From contig NZ_OZ245839.1 of assembly GCF_965228795.1 (NCBI RefSeq), positions 1,311,908 to 1,375,907 on the forward strand: 64,000 nucleotides of DNA, written 5' to 3'. Below are positions 7,514 to 17,120 of this stretch, one piece after another. The translations under genes were made by a program, and so were the position numbers. The notes under the pieces are model-generated. The model was not told where the DNA came from. It saw only the letters and a list, made by a program, of their open reading frames with translations, and did no database searches. Position 1 is the stretch's first letter. Each line of letters opens with the position of its first letter. The DNA comes from Ekhidna sp. (GTDB taxonomy: Bacteria; Bacteroidota; Bacteroidia; Cytophagales; Cyclobacteriaceae).

Positions 7514-7933
7514 ATGACTAGTACAAAATTTGATTCAGATAAAGCGCCAGAGCCGGTAGGATTGTACCCTCATGCAAGGCAAGTAGGAAACTTACTGTTC
7601 TTATCCGGAGTGGGTCCAAGAGAAAGAGGAACCAAGAAAATCCCGGGTGTAGACCTGGATGAAAATGGAGAGATTGTCAACTATGATATTGCTGAGCAGT
7701 GCCATTCTGTTTTTAAGAACGTTCGACTGATTTTGGAAGCTTCTGGTGCGAGCTGGGAAGATCTGGTAGATGTGACGGTTTTTCTGACCAACATGAAAGA
7801 CGATTTCAAAACGTACAATAAGATTTACGCCGAGTATTTTAAAGATAATCAGCCGTGTAGAACAACTGTGGAGATCAGTTCGCTTCCCACACCTATTGCA
7901 ATTGAGTTAAAATGCATTGCCACAATTAAGTAA
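7514..7933 (+). CDS. RidA/YjgF family protein; ATG at 7514 preferred (the 7439 extension reads through a repeat)
   Basis: 'APEPVGLYPHARQVGNLLFLSG', 'F.NV..ILE..G', 'P.RTTVE...LP..IAIELKCIA'. Confidence 0.92.
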   Translation: MTSTKFDSDKAPEPVGLYPHARQVGNLLFLSGVGPRERGTKKIPGVDLDENGEIVNYDIAEQCHSVFKNVRLILEASGASWEDLVDVTVFLTNMKDDFKTYNKIYAEYFKDNQPCRTTVEISSLPTPIAIELKCIATIK

Positions 7934-7938
7934 ACATT

Positions 7939-8367
7939 ATGGAAGAAAATAATTTAGTTATAACCGGAGCTGATAAATCTAACCTCCTTGAAACCGCCAG
8001 ATGGGGCAAATTCCTTGGTATCGTTGGTTTTATTATGAGTGGACTTGTTCTATTAATTGCAATTTTTATGATCGTGGGCCTGTCATCCATGGACGGATCG
8101 TTTAATCCGGGCTGGGAGAGTGGTATAGGGTTTCTGTATTTTCCAGTAGCGTTGTTATACATTTTTCCGTCATTGTACCTCTATCGCTTTTCAGTTAGAC
8201 TGAATCAGGGCATTAAATCGATGGATCAGGAGAGCTGCTCGTCTGCCTATTTGAACCTAAAAAAGCTATTTGTCTTTATGGGTGTAATGACAATCATTGT
8301 ATTAGCACTTTATGCCCTGGCCATATTGTTTGTAATTATGGGAGGTGTAATGGGTGGAATGCTCTAA
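7939..8367 (+). CDS. DUF5362-like membrane protein
   Basis: 'L.ETARWGKFLGIVGF', 'LYIFPSLYLYRFS', 'LK.LF.FMG'. Confidence 0.8.
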   Translation: MEENNLVITGADKSNLLETARWGKFLGIVGFIMSGLVLLIAIFMIVGLSSMDGSFNPGWESGIGFLYFPVALLYIFPSLYLYRFSVRLNQGIKSMDQESCSSAYLNLKKLFVFMGVMTIIVLALYALAILFVIMGGVMGGML

Positions 8368-9095
8368 TCAGTGTTTTGCTCTATCCATCTAAACGCTTCC
8401 TTAAGTAGCTCAACATAATTACATGCTTCATAATGCGATAGTGTCTCGCTGGAAATAAATACTACTTGCTCGCTATTTTGTTGATTTCTCTCAAGAATTG
8501 CTCTAGCCCGACTGTAGCTAAATAGTTGATCTTTGACTCCATGAATAACATAAGTGGGAACTTTATAGCTTGCAGGTTTATAATATCCGGCCATTGCAAT
8601 GGCCCCATCAATCATGTCATGATGTTTAGAAGCAAAGTGAACGGCTCCAGTCGCTCCATCACTATATCCAGCCATGATCACCTTATTTACAGGCCAGTAT
8701 TCCATGATTAATTCAATCAACCGTACAAGTTGTTTTTCTTTTGGGTTTTCCCACCAAAATTGATTTTGAGATAGTGGTGAGATGATGATGTATTGTGAAG
8801 TATCAATACCGGGAATCATGAGGCAGTTTATGAATTCCTTATTTTCATTACCTGACACACCCCAATGTAGTGCAACTACCATGGGCACCTTTTCAGCTCT
8901 TACTTTACTAGGTACAGAAAGTTTCATTGGCCACTTTTCACCACTGGTAAGCGAAACAGAAATCGTTTTGTAACCAGGGTCAAGCACAATTTTTTTGATA
9001 CTTTTCCTGGTGGGTTGTCCGTTAAACTCTTGAGCACAGAGCAAGGCACTGGTCAATAAAAAGACCGTCATCATGGCGAATTGTTTAATCTGCAT
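8364..9095 (-). CDS. Secreted alpha/beta hydrolase
   Basis: Signal peptide; 'VVALH', nucleophile elbow GYSDG, 'YVIHGVKD', late His. Confidence 0.8.
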   Translation of the reverse strand: MQIKQFAMMTVFLLTSALLCAQEFNGQPTRKSIKKIVLDPGYKTISVSLTSGEKWPMKLSVPSKVRAEKVPMVVALHWGVSGNENKEFINCLMIPGIDTSQYIIISPLSQNQFWWENPKEKQLVRLIELIMEYWPVNKVIMAGYSDGATGAVHFASKHHDMIDGAIAMAGYYKPASYKVPTYVIHGVKDQLFSYSRARAILERNQQNSEQVVFISSETLSHYEACNYVELLKEAFRWIEQNTD

Positions 9096-9171
9096 GACCT
9101 TATAAAAAGTTAAAGGAGCGTATCCCTAGTTTTTAGAAGATCAAAATCACTATTTTTGAAGCACGATAATT

Positions 9172-9852
9172 ATGGAGACACTGGAATACAATACACAGCG
9201 CGTACAATTGAAATTGAGGGAGTACGGCAGAAACGTTCAAAATCTTGTAGCACACCTTAAAACAATCGACGATAAAGAGGAGCGCAATAAGAAGGCAGCC
9301 ACATTGGTGGAATTGATGAAGTTGATCAACCCTGATCTGGGTAAGGACAATGAAAGCGATCAAAAAGTATGGGATGATTTACACATCATTTCAAATTTTG
9401 AATTAGACATTGAGGGTCCTTTCCCCAAGCCTGATGCTTCTGTGCTAGATCGAAAGCCGGAGCGGTTGCAGTACTATTCAAATGAAATCAAGTACAGACA
9501 CTACGGTAGAGGTGTAGAGATTCTAATCGATCAGGCAGTGGCTATGGATGACCCCAAAGAAAAAGAGGGAGCCGTTGTTGCCATTGGTCGATTAATGAAA
9601 AGCTTTTTCCAGACCTGGAACAAGGAAAGCATCGAGGATGAGCAAATCCTTAAAAACATCAAGCGGTTATCCAATGATCAGCTTGATATCAACATTGAAA
9701 CTGTGAAAGAGCTTGGTCTTTTTGATTCGGACAGAAAGCATTCAAATCGTCGAAGCAATAATAACAACAAGGGTCGTCGCAATAATCAGGGAGGAAAAGG
9801 TCGCCGAAACAACAATCAAGGCGGCAGAGGAAACAACCGAAGACGAAATTAA
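9172..9852 (+). CDS. DUF4290 family protein
   Basis: 'LEYNT.R..L.L.EYGRNVQNLV', 'K.WD.L.IIS.F.LDI..PFP', 'YRHYGR'; N/R/G-rich tail. Confidence 0.9.
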   Translation: METLEYNTQRVQLKLREYGRNVQNLVAHLKTIDDKEERNKKAATLVELMKLINPDLGKDNESDQKVWDDLHIISNFELDIEGPFPKPDASVLDRKPERLQYYSNEIKYRHYGRGVEILIDQAVAMDDPKEKEGAVVAIGRLMKSFFQTWNKESIEDEQILKNIKRLSNDQLDINIETVKELGLFDSDRKHSNRRSNNNNKGRRNNQGGKGRRNNNQGGRGNNRRRN

Positions 9853-9953
9853 TTTCATTTTACTTTTTAAATAGTGATCAGTTGATTGTGTGAATTAGTA
9901 CGCAAGTCTTTTATTTGTTGACACGAATCCACTAATTAACTAATCACGAAAGT

Positions 9954-11258
9954 ATGTCATCTTTTCGGGTAGAAGGCGGTCATCGCCTCAATGGCGAAAT
10001 CATCCCTCAAGGAGCCAAAAACGAAGCACTTCAGATCATTTCCGCTGTATTGCTGACTGATCAGGAAGTCGTCATTCATAAAATTCCTCAGATCAGAGAT
10101 GTGTTAAAACTCATTGATCTCCTTGAGGATATGGGAGTGGAGGTTTCAAGGAACGGAGGTGAATCCTGCACCTTTAAAGCCGCCAATGTAAATCTTGATT
10201 TTCTAGATACAGAAGATTTTAAAGACAAAGCTTCTTCTCTTAGAGGTTCCATTATGATCCTGGGTCCGCTTCTCGCGCGTTTTGGGATAGGAAAAATGCC
10301 AAAACCCGGAGGAGATAAGATTGGGAGAAGGCGATTAGACACCCACTTTGTGGGTTTCCAGAACCTCGGAGCAAAATTCAATTACGATCCTAAAACTTCA
10401 TTTTACTCAGTAGATGGAAGGAATCTCAAAGGTGCCTACATGCTTCTGGATGAGGCTTCTGTAACAGGTACCGCCAACATCATTATGGCTGCCGTTATGG
10501 CTGAAGGATTAACAACCATTTACAATGCAGCTTGCGAACCCTACATTCAGCAATTATGCAAAATGTTGATTCGGATGGGTGCCAATATTGAGGGAGTCGG
10601 TTCAAACTTGCTAAGAATAGAAGGGGTAAAATCCCTGAACGGAACAGAGCACACATTACTGCCTGATATGATTGAAGTGGGTTCATTTATAGGTATGGCT
10701 GCCATGACCAAGTCTGACCTTACTATCAAGGATGCTCAGATCAAGGAGTTAGGGATTATACCCGATACATTCAAGCGACTGGGGATTAAAATGGAATTCA
10801 AGGGAGATGATATCCATATTCCTGCTCAGGATTCATACGAAATTGAATCTTACATTGATGGCTCCATCATGACCATTGCAGATGCCATTTGGCCGGGGTT
10901 AACACCTGATTTGCTAAGTGTAATCCTGGTAACAGCCACACAGGCAAAAGGGACGGTTTTGATTCATCAGAAAATGTTCGAAAGCCGCTTATTCTTCGTG
11001 GATAAACTCATAGATATGGGAGCACAGATTATTCTTTGTGATCCACACAGAGCTACTGTCATCGGCTTGGATAGAGCATATCCATTAAGAGGAATCACCA
11101 TGACTTCTCCGGATATTCGAGCTGGGGTTTCATTACTTATTGCAGCAATGTCTGCCGAGGGTGTGAGCACCATCCACAACATTGACCAAATTGATAGAGG
11201 CTATCAATTCATCGATGATCGATTAAACGCACTAGGCGCTAAGATCGAGCGGGTGTAG
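9954..11258 (+). CDS. murA: UDP-N-acetylglucosamine 1-carboxyvinyltransferase
   Basis: 'GAKNEAL', 'LRGSIMILGPLLAR', 'PGGDKIGRRRLDTH' (Asp-type active loop), 'SPDIRAG', 'IDRGY'. Confidence 0.98.
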   Translation: MSSFRVEGGHRLNGEIIPQGAKNEALQIISAVLLTDQEVVIHKIPQIRDVLKLIDLLEDMGVEVSRNGGESCTFKAANVNLDFLDTEDFKDKASSLRGSIMILGPLLARFGIGKMPKPGGDKIGRRRLDTHFVGFQNLGAKFNYDPKTSFYSVDGRNLKGAYMLLDEASVTGTANIIMAAVMAEGLTTIYNAACEPYIQQLCKMLIRMGANIEGVGSNLLRIEGVKSLNGTEHTLLPDMIEVGSFIGMAAMTKSDLTIKDAQIKELGIIPDTFKRLGIKMEFKGDDIHIPAQDSYEIESYIDGSIMTIADAIWPGLTPDLLSVILVTATQAKGTVLIHQKMFESRLFFVDKLIDMGAQIILCDPHRATVIGLDRAYPLRGITMTSPDIRAGVSLLIAAMSAEGVSTIHNIDQIDRGYQFIDDRLNALGAKIERV

Positions 11259-11263
11259 CTATT

Positions 11264-12532
11264 CTACCTTGTGATCGTGATTACTCCTTCATTACAACCA
11301 TCTAGCGGTAAGTACTTATATCCACCATCGGTAGTAAACTCCAGTGTGTATATTCCAGCTGGAATATCTGAAGGTGGTTTTATAATCAAGTAGGAGGAAT
11401 CAAAGTCTTCATAACCTTTATCTACAATCTCACCCTCAAAACTCAATGAAGAATCCACGAAAGTTACTTTTTCCGGACAACTGTAGCACCTATAGGTATA
11501 CAGCCAAGGAACAATATCAACTCTGATTTCTTCATCATAATTGTACGATGACTCTTCAGCGCAAAATTCTATATCAGAAATGGTAATAATATTGGAACTG
11601 TCGGGCAAAACACGTGTTTTACCATCTAATGCATAAACCTCCAATTCGTAATCGCCCGCTGGTATATTAGGAGGAATTTCAAATGCTTTAATGCTATTAT
11701 AACCATCTTCACTATTTATTGGATCATGATAGTATTGTCTGAGTTTTATACCATTTAAATATACATAAGACTCAAAACCACCTGACGAAATTTTAGAAAT
11801 AACCTGATTCCCCTGATAGATGAGCAATTCATTTTCAGGTACGTTGTTATAGCTAGGGGTGAAAATTTTATACTTGCCGTATATCATGAGACCCTCTAAC
11901 TCATAATAGGAATCATGATACTTGAGAAAGTAAGTTATTTCATCACCTAGGTCAGGTAAGTAACCGTCATAATAGAATGAAATAGTTTGATCAGAAATTT
12001 CTGTTATTTTAAATGAACCGTTTTCCGTAAGGCCTTGGTCAACCCCGTCTTCTATTCTTCTTTGCCAAATACTAAAAGCATCATCCAATTGCGGAGCGTT
12101 TTCCACATTGATCTGAATAGTATCGCTTGATCGTGTACCGGGATCAACAACGATTTCAGTGGTTGAGAGCCCTGTTATGGTAAAGGCGTTGTAATTAAAT
12201 GCATTTTCTTTTAATAGTAAGTCAAAACCGGATGATTCGTCAAATGCAATTCGCAAATCATGACTGCCACCTTCCAAAAATGGTACTGGAAATTGAAAAA
12301 CAGAATCATTTTCAGTAGTAATGTCAGATACTTCAGTTAATCCAAACTTAATGTATTTGATTTTTTGAGCCTTTGATAATCGAAGTGTCAATGTATCCCC
12401 CTCAATACCGGAATCGGGTGTTAAGGAAATAATGCTTGGGGGATCAGGTTCCGGAGTAGGCTCTGAAGAATTATCACATGTAGTGAGAAGGAAGGATATA
12501 GAAAGAAAGCCTAATAATTGTAGCTGTTTCAT
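11264..12532 (-). CDS. Lipoprotein with N-terminal IPT/TIG-like domain; start at 12532 preferred over 12559
   Basis: MKQLQLLGFLSISFLLTTC lipobox; 'P.I.SLTPDSG..GDTLTL'; repeated 'IP..IPAG.Y.LE' segments. Confidence 0.75.
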   Translation of the reverse strand: MKQLQLLGFLSISFLLTTCDNSSEPTPEPDPPSIISLTPDSGIEGDTLTLRLSKAQKIKYIKFGLTEVSDITTENDSVFQFPVPFLEGGSHDLRIAFDESSGFDLLLKENAFNYNAFTITGLSTTEIVVDPGTRSSDTIQINVENAPQLDDAFSIWQRRIEDGVDQGLTENGSFKITEISDQTISFYYDGYLPDLGDEITYFLKYHDSYYELEGLMIYGKYKIFTPSYNNVPENELLIYQGNQVISKISSGGFESYVYLNGIKLRQYYHDPINSEDGYNSIKAFEIPPNIPAGDYELEVYALDGKTRVLPDSSNIITISDIEFCAEESSYNYDEEIRVDIVPWLYTYRCYSCPEKVTFVDSSLSFEGEIVDKGYEDFDSSYLIIKPPSDIPAGIYTLEFTTDGGYKYLPLDGCNEGVITITR

Positions 12533-12633
12533 TATGTGCAACAAAAATATTTTAATCAAACGGCTGCAATGATAATGCTTTAAGAAGATGATAAAAAAGA
12601 GTTATCTAATATTCCTAAAGTTCATCTGATTTC

Positions 12634-12685
12634 TCAGTTCATCGATGATCTATTAGGCGCGTTAGGCGCTAAGATTGAGCGAGTG
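12634..12685 (+). repeat. Diverged duplicate of the murA 3' end (relic direct repeat of 11204-11255)
   Basis: 44/52 nt identical, ungapped, offset 1430 nt; reads QFIDDLLGALGAKIERV versus murA QFIDDRLNALGAKIERV. Confidence 0.85.
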
Positions 12686-12687
12686 AG

Positions 12688-13413
12688 TTAATTATCCGGC
12701 TTTAAAAAATTAGTTCTCTGGTGAGAATAGGCGTTCGGTGAGTTTACCTGAATCTTGTACCTCAAACTTGCTCTACAGTCATCCGCAATGATGTTATAGT
12801 ACATGTGTTTATGTCCATACATACCGGGGTAGAAAGTAATTGAATCAATTTCTTCTCCGATCTCGATAATATCAATGAAGCCGTTGTTGTAAAAATCCCT
12901 GACGACTAAATGGTATCCACCTTTGTAGGTATAATCCGGATTAACCCAACTGATAGTTAAGGCAGAGGTGTCTGATTGTATATTCACCAATCCTTTTTGA
13001 TCCAATTCTATTCTATCAATCTCATAGTGTCTGTCGCTTCCCGGCACTACAAGCGTTTTGTACTTGAATTTGCACATGATCATCCCTTTTCGTTTCAGCT
13101 GTTTGGTGAGTTCAAGATGGGTGCCGTACCATTCGTTGTGTCGAGTGCTTTCACTCCCGATATGATATATACCTGGTGCAAGCTTCATATGCATAGCTGA
13201 CTCTACATCCAGTGTAAGGTGACCTTTTTCAGCAATAAAAATGGTGTCAGTTTTAGAGAGGAAATCTCTTTTTTTTACCTTCTCTCCATTTTGCTTCTTT
13301 ACTTTTTTAGCTTCCAGCACTTCATATTGCCCTAGAGCTGCTACAGATATTAAGCAAAGGAGGATTGTTATGAAACGAAGGCTCATTACGTGCTGAACGA
13401 AATGGAAGATCAA
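12688..13413 (-). CDS. Hypothetical secreted protein (start may be the internal MSLRF Met)
   Basis: 241-aa ORF; signal-like ITILLCLISVAALG-Q; no family recognised. Confidence 0.7.
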   Translation of the reverse strand: MIFHFVQHVMSLRFITILLCLISVAALGQYEVLEAKKVKKQNGEKVKKRDFLSKTDTIFIAEKGHLTLDVESAMHMKLAPGIYHIGSESTRHNEWYGTHLELTKQLKRKGMIMCKFKYKTLVVPGSDRHYEIDRIELDQKGLVNIQSDTSALTISWVNPDYTYKGGYHLVVRDFYNNGFIDIIEIGEEIDSITFYPGMYGHKHMYYNIIADDCRASLRYKIQVNSPNAYSHQRTNFLKPDN

Positions 13414-13475
13414 ATAGATATGTCTAAAGGCAGGATATTTGACGATTTTTTTAATTTATTACCAGACCGCTGACC

Positions 13476-14666
13476 TTATAATTTTTCAATTATTTCCGAT
13501 GTTTTATCAATTTCTTCAAATGAGTTGAAATAGTGAGGAGACAATCGTACCGCCCACTCAATGTTCTTTTTGCTAAAATCAATAAATCCCCATTCCTTGC
13601 TGCTGATGCTATGAAAGACATTGTTTTCATTTAGCACTCGCTGGATTTCCTCCATTGACTTGTTCTTTTTCCTAAAAGTGAGAATGTTACTTTTTTGACT
13701 GCCTCTGTCATACAAGCTTACTTCATGAATGGATTGTAAATTATCTCTGAATCGCAGCATCAACTCACGATTATATGCTTCAATTTGCTCAATCCCGATT
13801 TGGTTTAAATAACGAATGGCTTCCGAAAGACCAACTAGCAATGCGTATGGTTTTTCCCAGGATTCAAATCTTTTGGCATCCGGCGTTAAAGAAAAATCAG
13901 CCTCCTTGTCCCAGATAGCTCCTGCTCCATCAATCATCAGCGGAAACAGGCCATCCCTGAGCGCTTTATTGGAAACATATAAGAGGCCGGTTCCTCTGGG
14001 TCCTCTAAGAAACTTTCGCCCGGTAGTCGCTAAAAAGTCACATTTGATCTCCCTTACATCCACAGCGATTTGGCCGGTGGACTGACAGGCATCCACTAAA
14101 AACAAGACTTCTTTTTCATTGCATATCTCACCGATTGATTTAATATCCTGAATCAGGCCGGAATTAGTCGGTACATGGGTGACAGATACGAGTTTGGGAC
14201 GATACGTGTCAATTTTCTCTCGAAAGTCATTGAGGTCCAAATCACCATTCTCATGATTCATGGTACGGATGATCTGAATTTGGTAGCGTTTGGCTAATGA
14301 GATGAATTGAATGTAATTGGAAGCATAGTCATCATCAGTGGTTAGGATTACATCCTTTGGCTTGAAATCAACGGATGATAACGCTTTTGCATATGCGTCA
14401 GTGGCGCTATTAGCAAAAGCAATGTTGTGAGATTTGCAACCTAACAAATGAGCAGCCTGCTGATAGAAATCTTCAATTTTCTGGTTCATCGTCTCTACAG
14501 CTTTGTATCCACCCTCCTTTTCTTCCAGATCTAAATACTCTTTGACTTTTTCATGTACCGATTTTGGAGGAAGCGAAGAACCTGCACTGTTAAGAAAGAT
14601 TTTGTCCCCGTAATTACCTATTTCCTGCTTTACCTGATCAGGATTCAACACTTGTTTTTTAGTCAT
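13476..14666 (-). CDS. Class V PLP-dependent aminotransferase (cysteine desulfurase-like)
   Basis: 'FLNSAGSSLP', 'LVDACQS.GQ', 'TGRKFLRGPRGTG', 'VRLSPHYFN'. Confidence 0.92.
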   Translation of the reverse strand: MTKKQVLNPDQVKQEIGNYGDKIFLNSAGSSLPPKSVHEKVKEYLDLEEKEGGYKAVETMNQKIEDFYQQAAHLLGCKSHNIAFANSATDAYAKALSSVDFKPKDVILTTDDDYASNYIQFISLAKRYQIQIIRTMNHENGDLDLNDFREKIDTYRPKLVSVTHVPTNSGLIQDIKSIGEICNEKEVLFLVDACQSTGQIAVDVREIKCDFLATTGRKFLRGPRGTGLLYVSNKALRDGLFPLMIDGAGAIWDKEADFSLTPDAKRFESWEKPYALLVGLSEAIRYLNQIGIEQIEAYNRELMLRFRDNLQSIHEVSLYDRGSQKSNILTFRKKNKSMEEIQRVLNENNVFHSISSKEWGFIDFSKKNIEWAVRLSPHYFNSFEEIDKTSEIIEKL

Positions 14667-15570
14667 AGGTAGTCCCTTGCTCTGCGATTTTATATCCTTT
14701 TTTCAAAACCTCACTTCTTTTCCGCTTATCAAAGAGCAGCGGGTTTGTGTGATTCAAATGAATAAAATGGATCTTTCTTTTTAAGTGTGTAGGTTCCTCG
14801 TCAAACAATGCCATCGTTTCTGACACAAAGGGGTGGGGCACCTCATTCATTGGCCGGTTAGGAAGCTCACCTGCATCGAAAAATGTAGCATCAAGAAAGG
14901 CATAGCTGATCATTGGATCGTTGACCATTTCCAAAATATCACGATCCCATTTATACCACTTGTCTATATCAGGGATAAATAAAAAACCTTTGTCTCCGGA
15001 TAGCACTTTGAATCCTGCAGTCTCAGAATATTCATCACGGTGTGGTACAGCAAAAACTTCAACGGAAACACCATCAGAAACGGTAATTGCTGAATCCTCA
15101 GTTAGGGTAATTGGTACAATGTTTTTTAGGTTAACCAGTTGGCTCCATGGCCCATTAGACTTGATAAAGTCACTCATTTTTGGAAGAGAATAAACTTTCA
15201 CACCTTGGGCTCCCAGCGCTTCTCTCCCTAGAAACATCAATCCTGTATAATGTCCAATATGAGCATGTGTAATAAAAATTCCTTCCGGAAGATAGGGATA
15301 ATCGCCATCGGTAAGTTCACGGAAATACTGTAGTTGCCTATCCATATCAGGAGAAGCTTCAAACAGCCACCATTTTTTACTATTTCGATCGACCAACGCA
15401 AGCGAGGTGACATATTTAGCTCTATTAACATTTTTATGAGCCTTCAGGCAGTCATTTTGACATCCGATGTGTGGGAATCCGCCATCTTGTGCTGTGCCGA
15501 GCACAACTACTTCCTGGGCCTTGCTGAAAAAACAACCAATCGATAATAGAATCGTCAATAATACCTTCAT
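14659..15570 (-). CDS. MBL-fold metallohydrolase, PqqB-like, with signal peptide
   Basis: 'VLGTAQDGGFPHIGC', 'THAHIGHYTGL', 'VPHRDEYSET', 'PDIDKW', 'HLNHTNP'. Confidence 0.88.
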   Translation of the reverse strand: MKVLLTILLSIGCFFSKAQEVVVLGTAQDGGFPHIGCQNDCLKAHKNVNRAKYVTSLALVDRNSKKWWLFEASPDMDRQLQYFRELTDGDYPYLPEGIFITHAHIGHYTGLMFLGREALGAQGVKVYSLPKMSDFIKSNGPWSQLVNLKNIVPITLTEDSAITVSDGVSVEVFAVPHRDEYSETAGFKVLSGDKGFLFIPDIDKWYKWDRDILEMVNDPMISYAFLDATFFDAGELPNRPMNEVPHPFVSETMALFDEEPTHLKRKIHFIHLNHTNPLLFDKRKRSEVLKKGYKIAEQGTTYD

Positions 15571-15582
15571 CCCTTTAAAACT

Positions 15583-15615
15583 AAAAAAGCCTCTCCACTA
15601 ATCGGGGAGAGGCTT
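15583..15615 (-). terminator. Intrinsic terminator of the TPR gene
   Basis: aagcctctcc/ggagaggctt stem with an A6 tract on + (U tract on -). Confidence 0.8.
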
Positions 15616-15638
15616 GAGATTTAATATTTTCTAAAGAT

Positions 15639-16949
15639 CTAATCTCTGCGTTGAATTTTTACAGATTCATTGATCCAGCAGCCAACAGTAATGGTTTCGC
15701 CTTCTTCCATCCCTTCGTTGAAGATCTCTTCAATGGAAGGAAACTGTTCTTTGGATGCAGCCATTTGAGTCGTATTTCCGGCTTTTTCATACATTTTGTA
15801 TGCTGCCAGAAAAACAGCCCTATCCATGACCTTGCTTTTATCGCCTCTGCAGTCTTCAAAACTGGTGAAATACATATTGCCTATCAAATTATAGGCTTCA
15901 GAGCTTCCTGGTTTTGCACTCAATGCTTCATAAGCAAGCGTTCGTGCTCTTGATTTATTACCAAGTTTGCTGTTTGCTACAGCTTGTCCCATCAGTGATT
16001 CAAATCTTTCTTCGTTGCTGGAGGCAAGGTTCAATGCTTCTTCATGGTACTTGAGACCTTTGCTTACTTCTCCGATAGCTAAGTATTTGTTTCCAATTGC
16101 ACTTGCTAGTGCATAGGATGGTTGCTCTTTAAAAACCGGCTCACTAGCTTCAAGGAAAAATGGCTGATCGGTACATTTTGCCTCAACTGAATACTTAAAT
16201 ATTTTCTTCGCTGTGTTAAGGTCAGAAGGATTAGCTCTGAATTTTGGCACTAACTTCTCCTCAATAAACTCACAAGTCAAAATGCCAGGTATTGAACTCA
16301 ACCATGCATCGGTTTTTGCCTGTTCTTTATTTAGCTTATCGGCATTTTCGCCGTTTTTTCTTTTAGCGTCTATGATCTCTGAAATTTGGGTGTGGATGTC
16401 CAAGACTTTCTCAGCCGGCATTTTGCTGTCATCGATTTGATGAAAATTCTTAGCCAGCAACATATAGGTGTTTAAGTTGAATGTGGAGATATCCGGGCCA
16501 TTCATTTCATACGCCTTAGCATATAGGTCTGCCAGCATCGGATATTTGGAGGGCGTTTTATAATAGAGTTTAAACGCTTCATAGGCTTTGCGATCCATCG
16601 TAGCTGCATCATTATCGAAATACTTGATGCGCATATCGTACATCCAAAGTAAAGAATCCTGCAGACGTTCTTTCCGAGCCTTATCTGTAGTCTTTTTCAG
16701 CATGTCTTCTATGCAATCCACTCCTTGTATATAGATAGATGGGTTTAGTTCCGGGTTGTTTTCATATAGCCAATTCAGCGGATCCATCGCCTCTTTAAAT
16801 TTACTTTGGGCAATAAGAAGCTTATAATACGCTTGTTTTTCCATAGCCTGAGTTTTCATATCAGGGTCGTCAGGCCAGCTCCAGCCATTTTGAGCATATG
16901 AAAAAGAAGCTAATAGCACCATAAGTGCTAAAAAAATAGATTTTATCAT
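15639..16949 (-). CDS. Secreted TPR-repeat protein
   Basis: Signal peptide (SYA-Q); helical repeats such as 'A.A.SKLGNKSRARTLAYEAL...P....AYNLIGNMY'. Confidence 0.8.
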   Translation of the reverse strand: MIKSIFLALMVLLASFSYAQNGWSWPDDPDMKTQAMEKQAYYKLLIAQSKFKEAMDPLNWLYENNPELNPSIYIQGVDCIEDMLKKTTDKARKERLQDSLLWMYDMRIKYFDNDAATMDRKAYEAFKLYYKTPSKYPMLADLYAKAYEMNGPDISTFNLNTYMLLAKNFHQIDDSKMPAEKVLDIHTQISEIIDAKRKNGENADKLNKEQAKTDAWLSSIPGILTCEFIEEKLVPKFRANPSDLNTAKKIFKYSVEAKCTDQPFFLEASEPVFKEQPSYALASAIGNKYLAIGEVSKGLKYHEEALNLASSNEERFESLMGQAVANSKLGNKSRARTLAYEALSAKPGSSEAYNLIGNMYFTSFEDCRGDKSKVMDRAVFLAAYKMYEKAGNTTQMAASKEQFPSIEEIFNEGMEEGETITVGCWINESVKIQRRD

Positions 16950-16996
16950 GTCCTATTGATTTGAATTTCGGTTTTGCCTTTTATTTTGATTCATTC

Positions 16997-17012
16997 TGCT
17001 AAAACAATGCCA
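16997..17012 (-). promoter_or_regulatory. Possible sigma-54 (-24/-12) promoter TGGCATTGTTTTAGCA
   Basis: GG and GC separated by exactly 10 nt, ~48 nt upstream of the TPR gene; one mismatch in the TTGC box. Confidence 0.35.
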
Positions 17013-17120
17013 TTAGTCCTTTTGGCATGATCGAAAATGTCTGCAAATTGAATAATTTTTTATGCTAATACGGGTGTCATTCACATTAGTTTTGTGTTAA
17101 ATATCATCTAAAATTTTCAG

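Noticed and set aside
9885-9950. gtgaattagt / actaattaac / cacgaa repeats before murA
   Set aside because: Degenerate AT-rich repeat relic with no clear structure or function.
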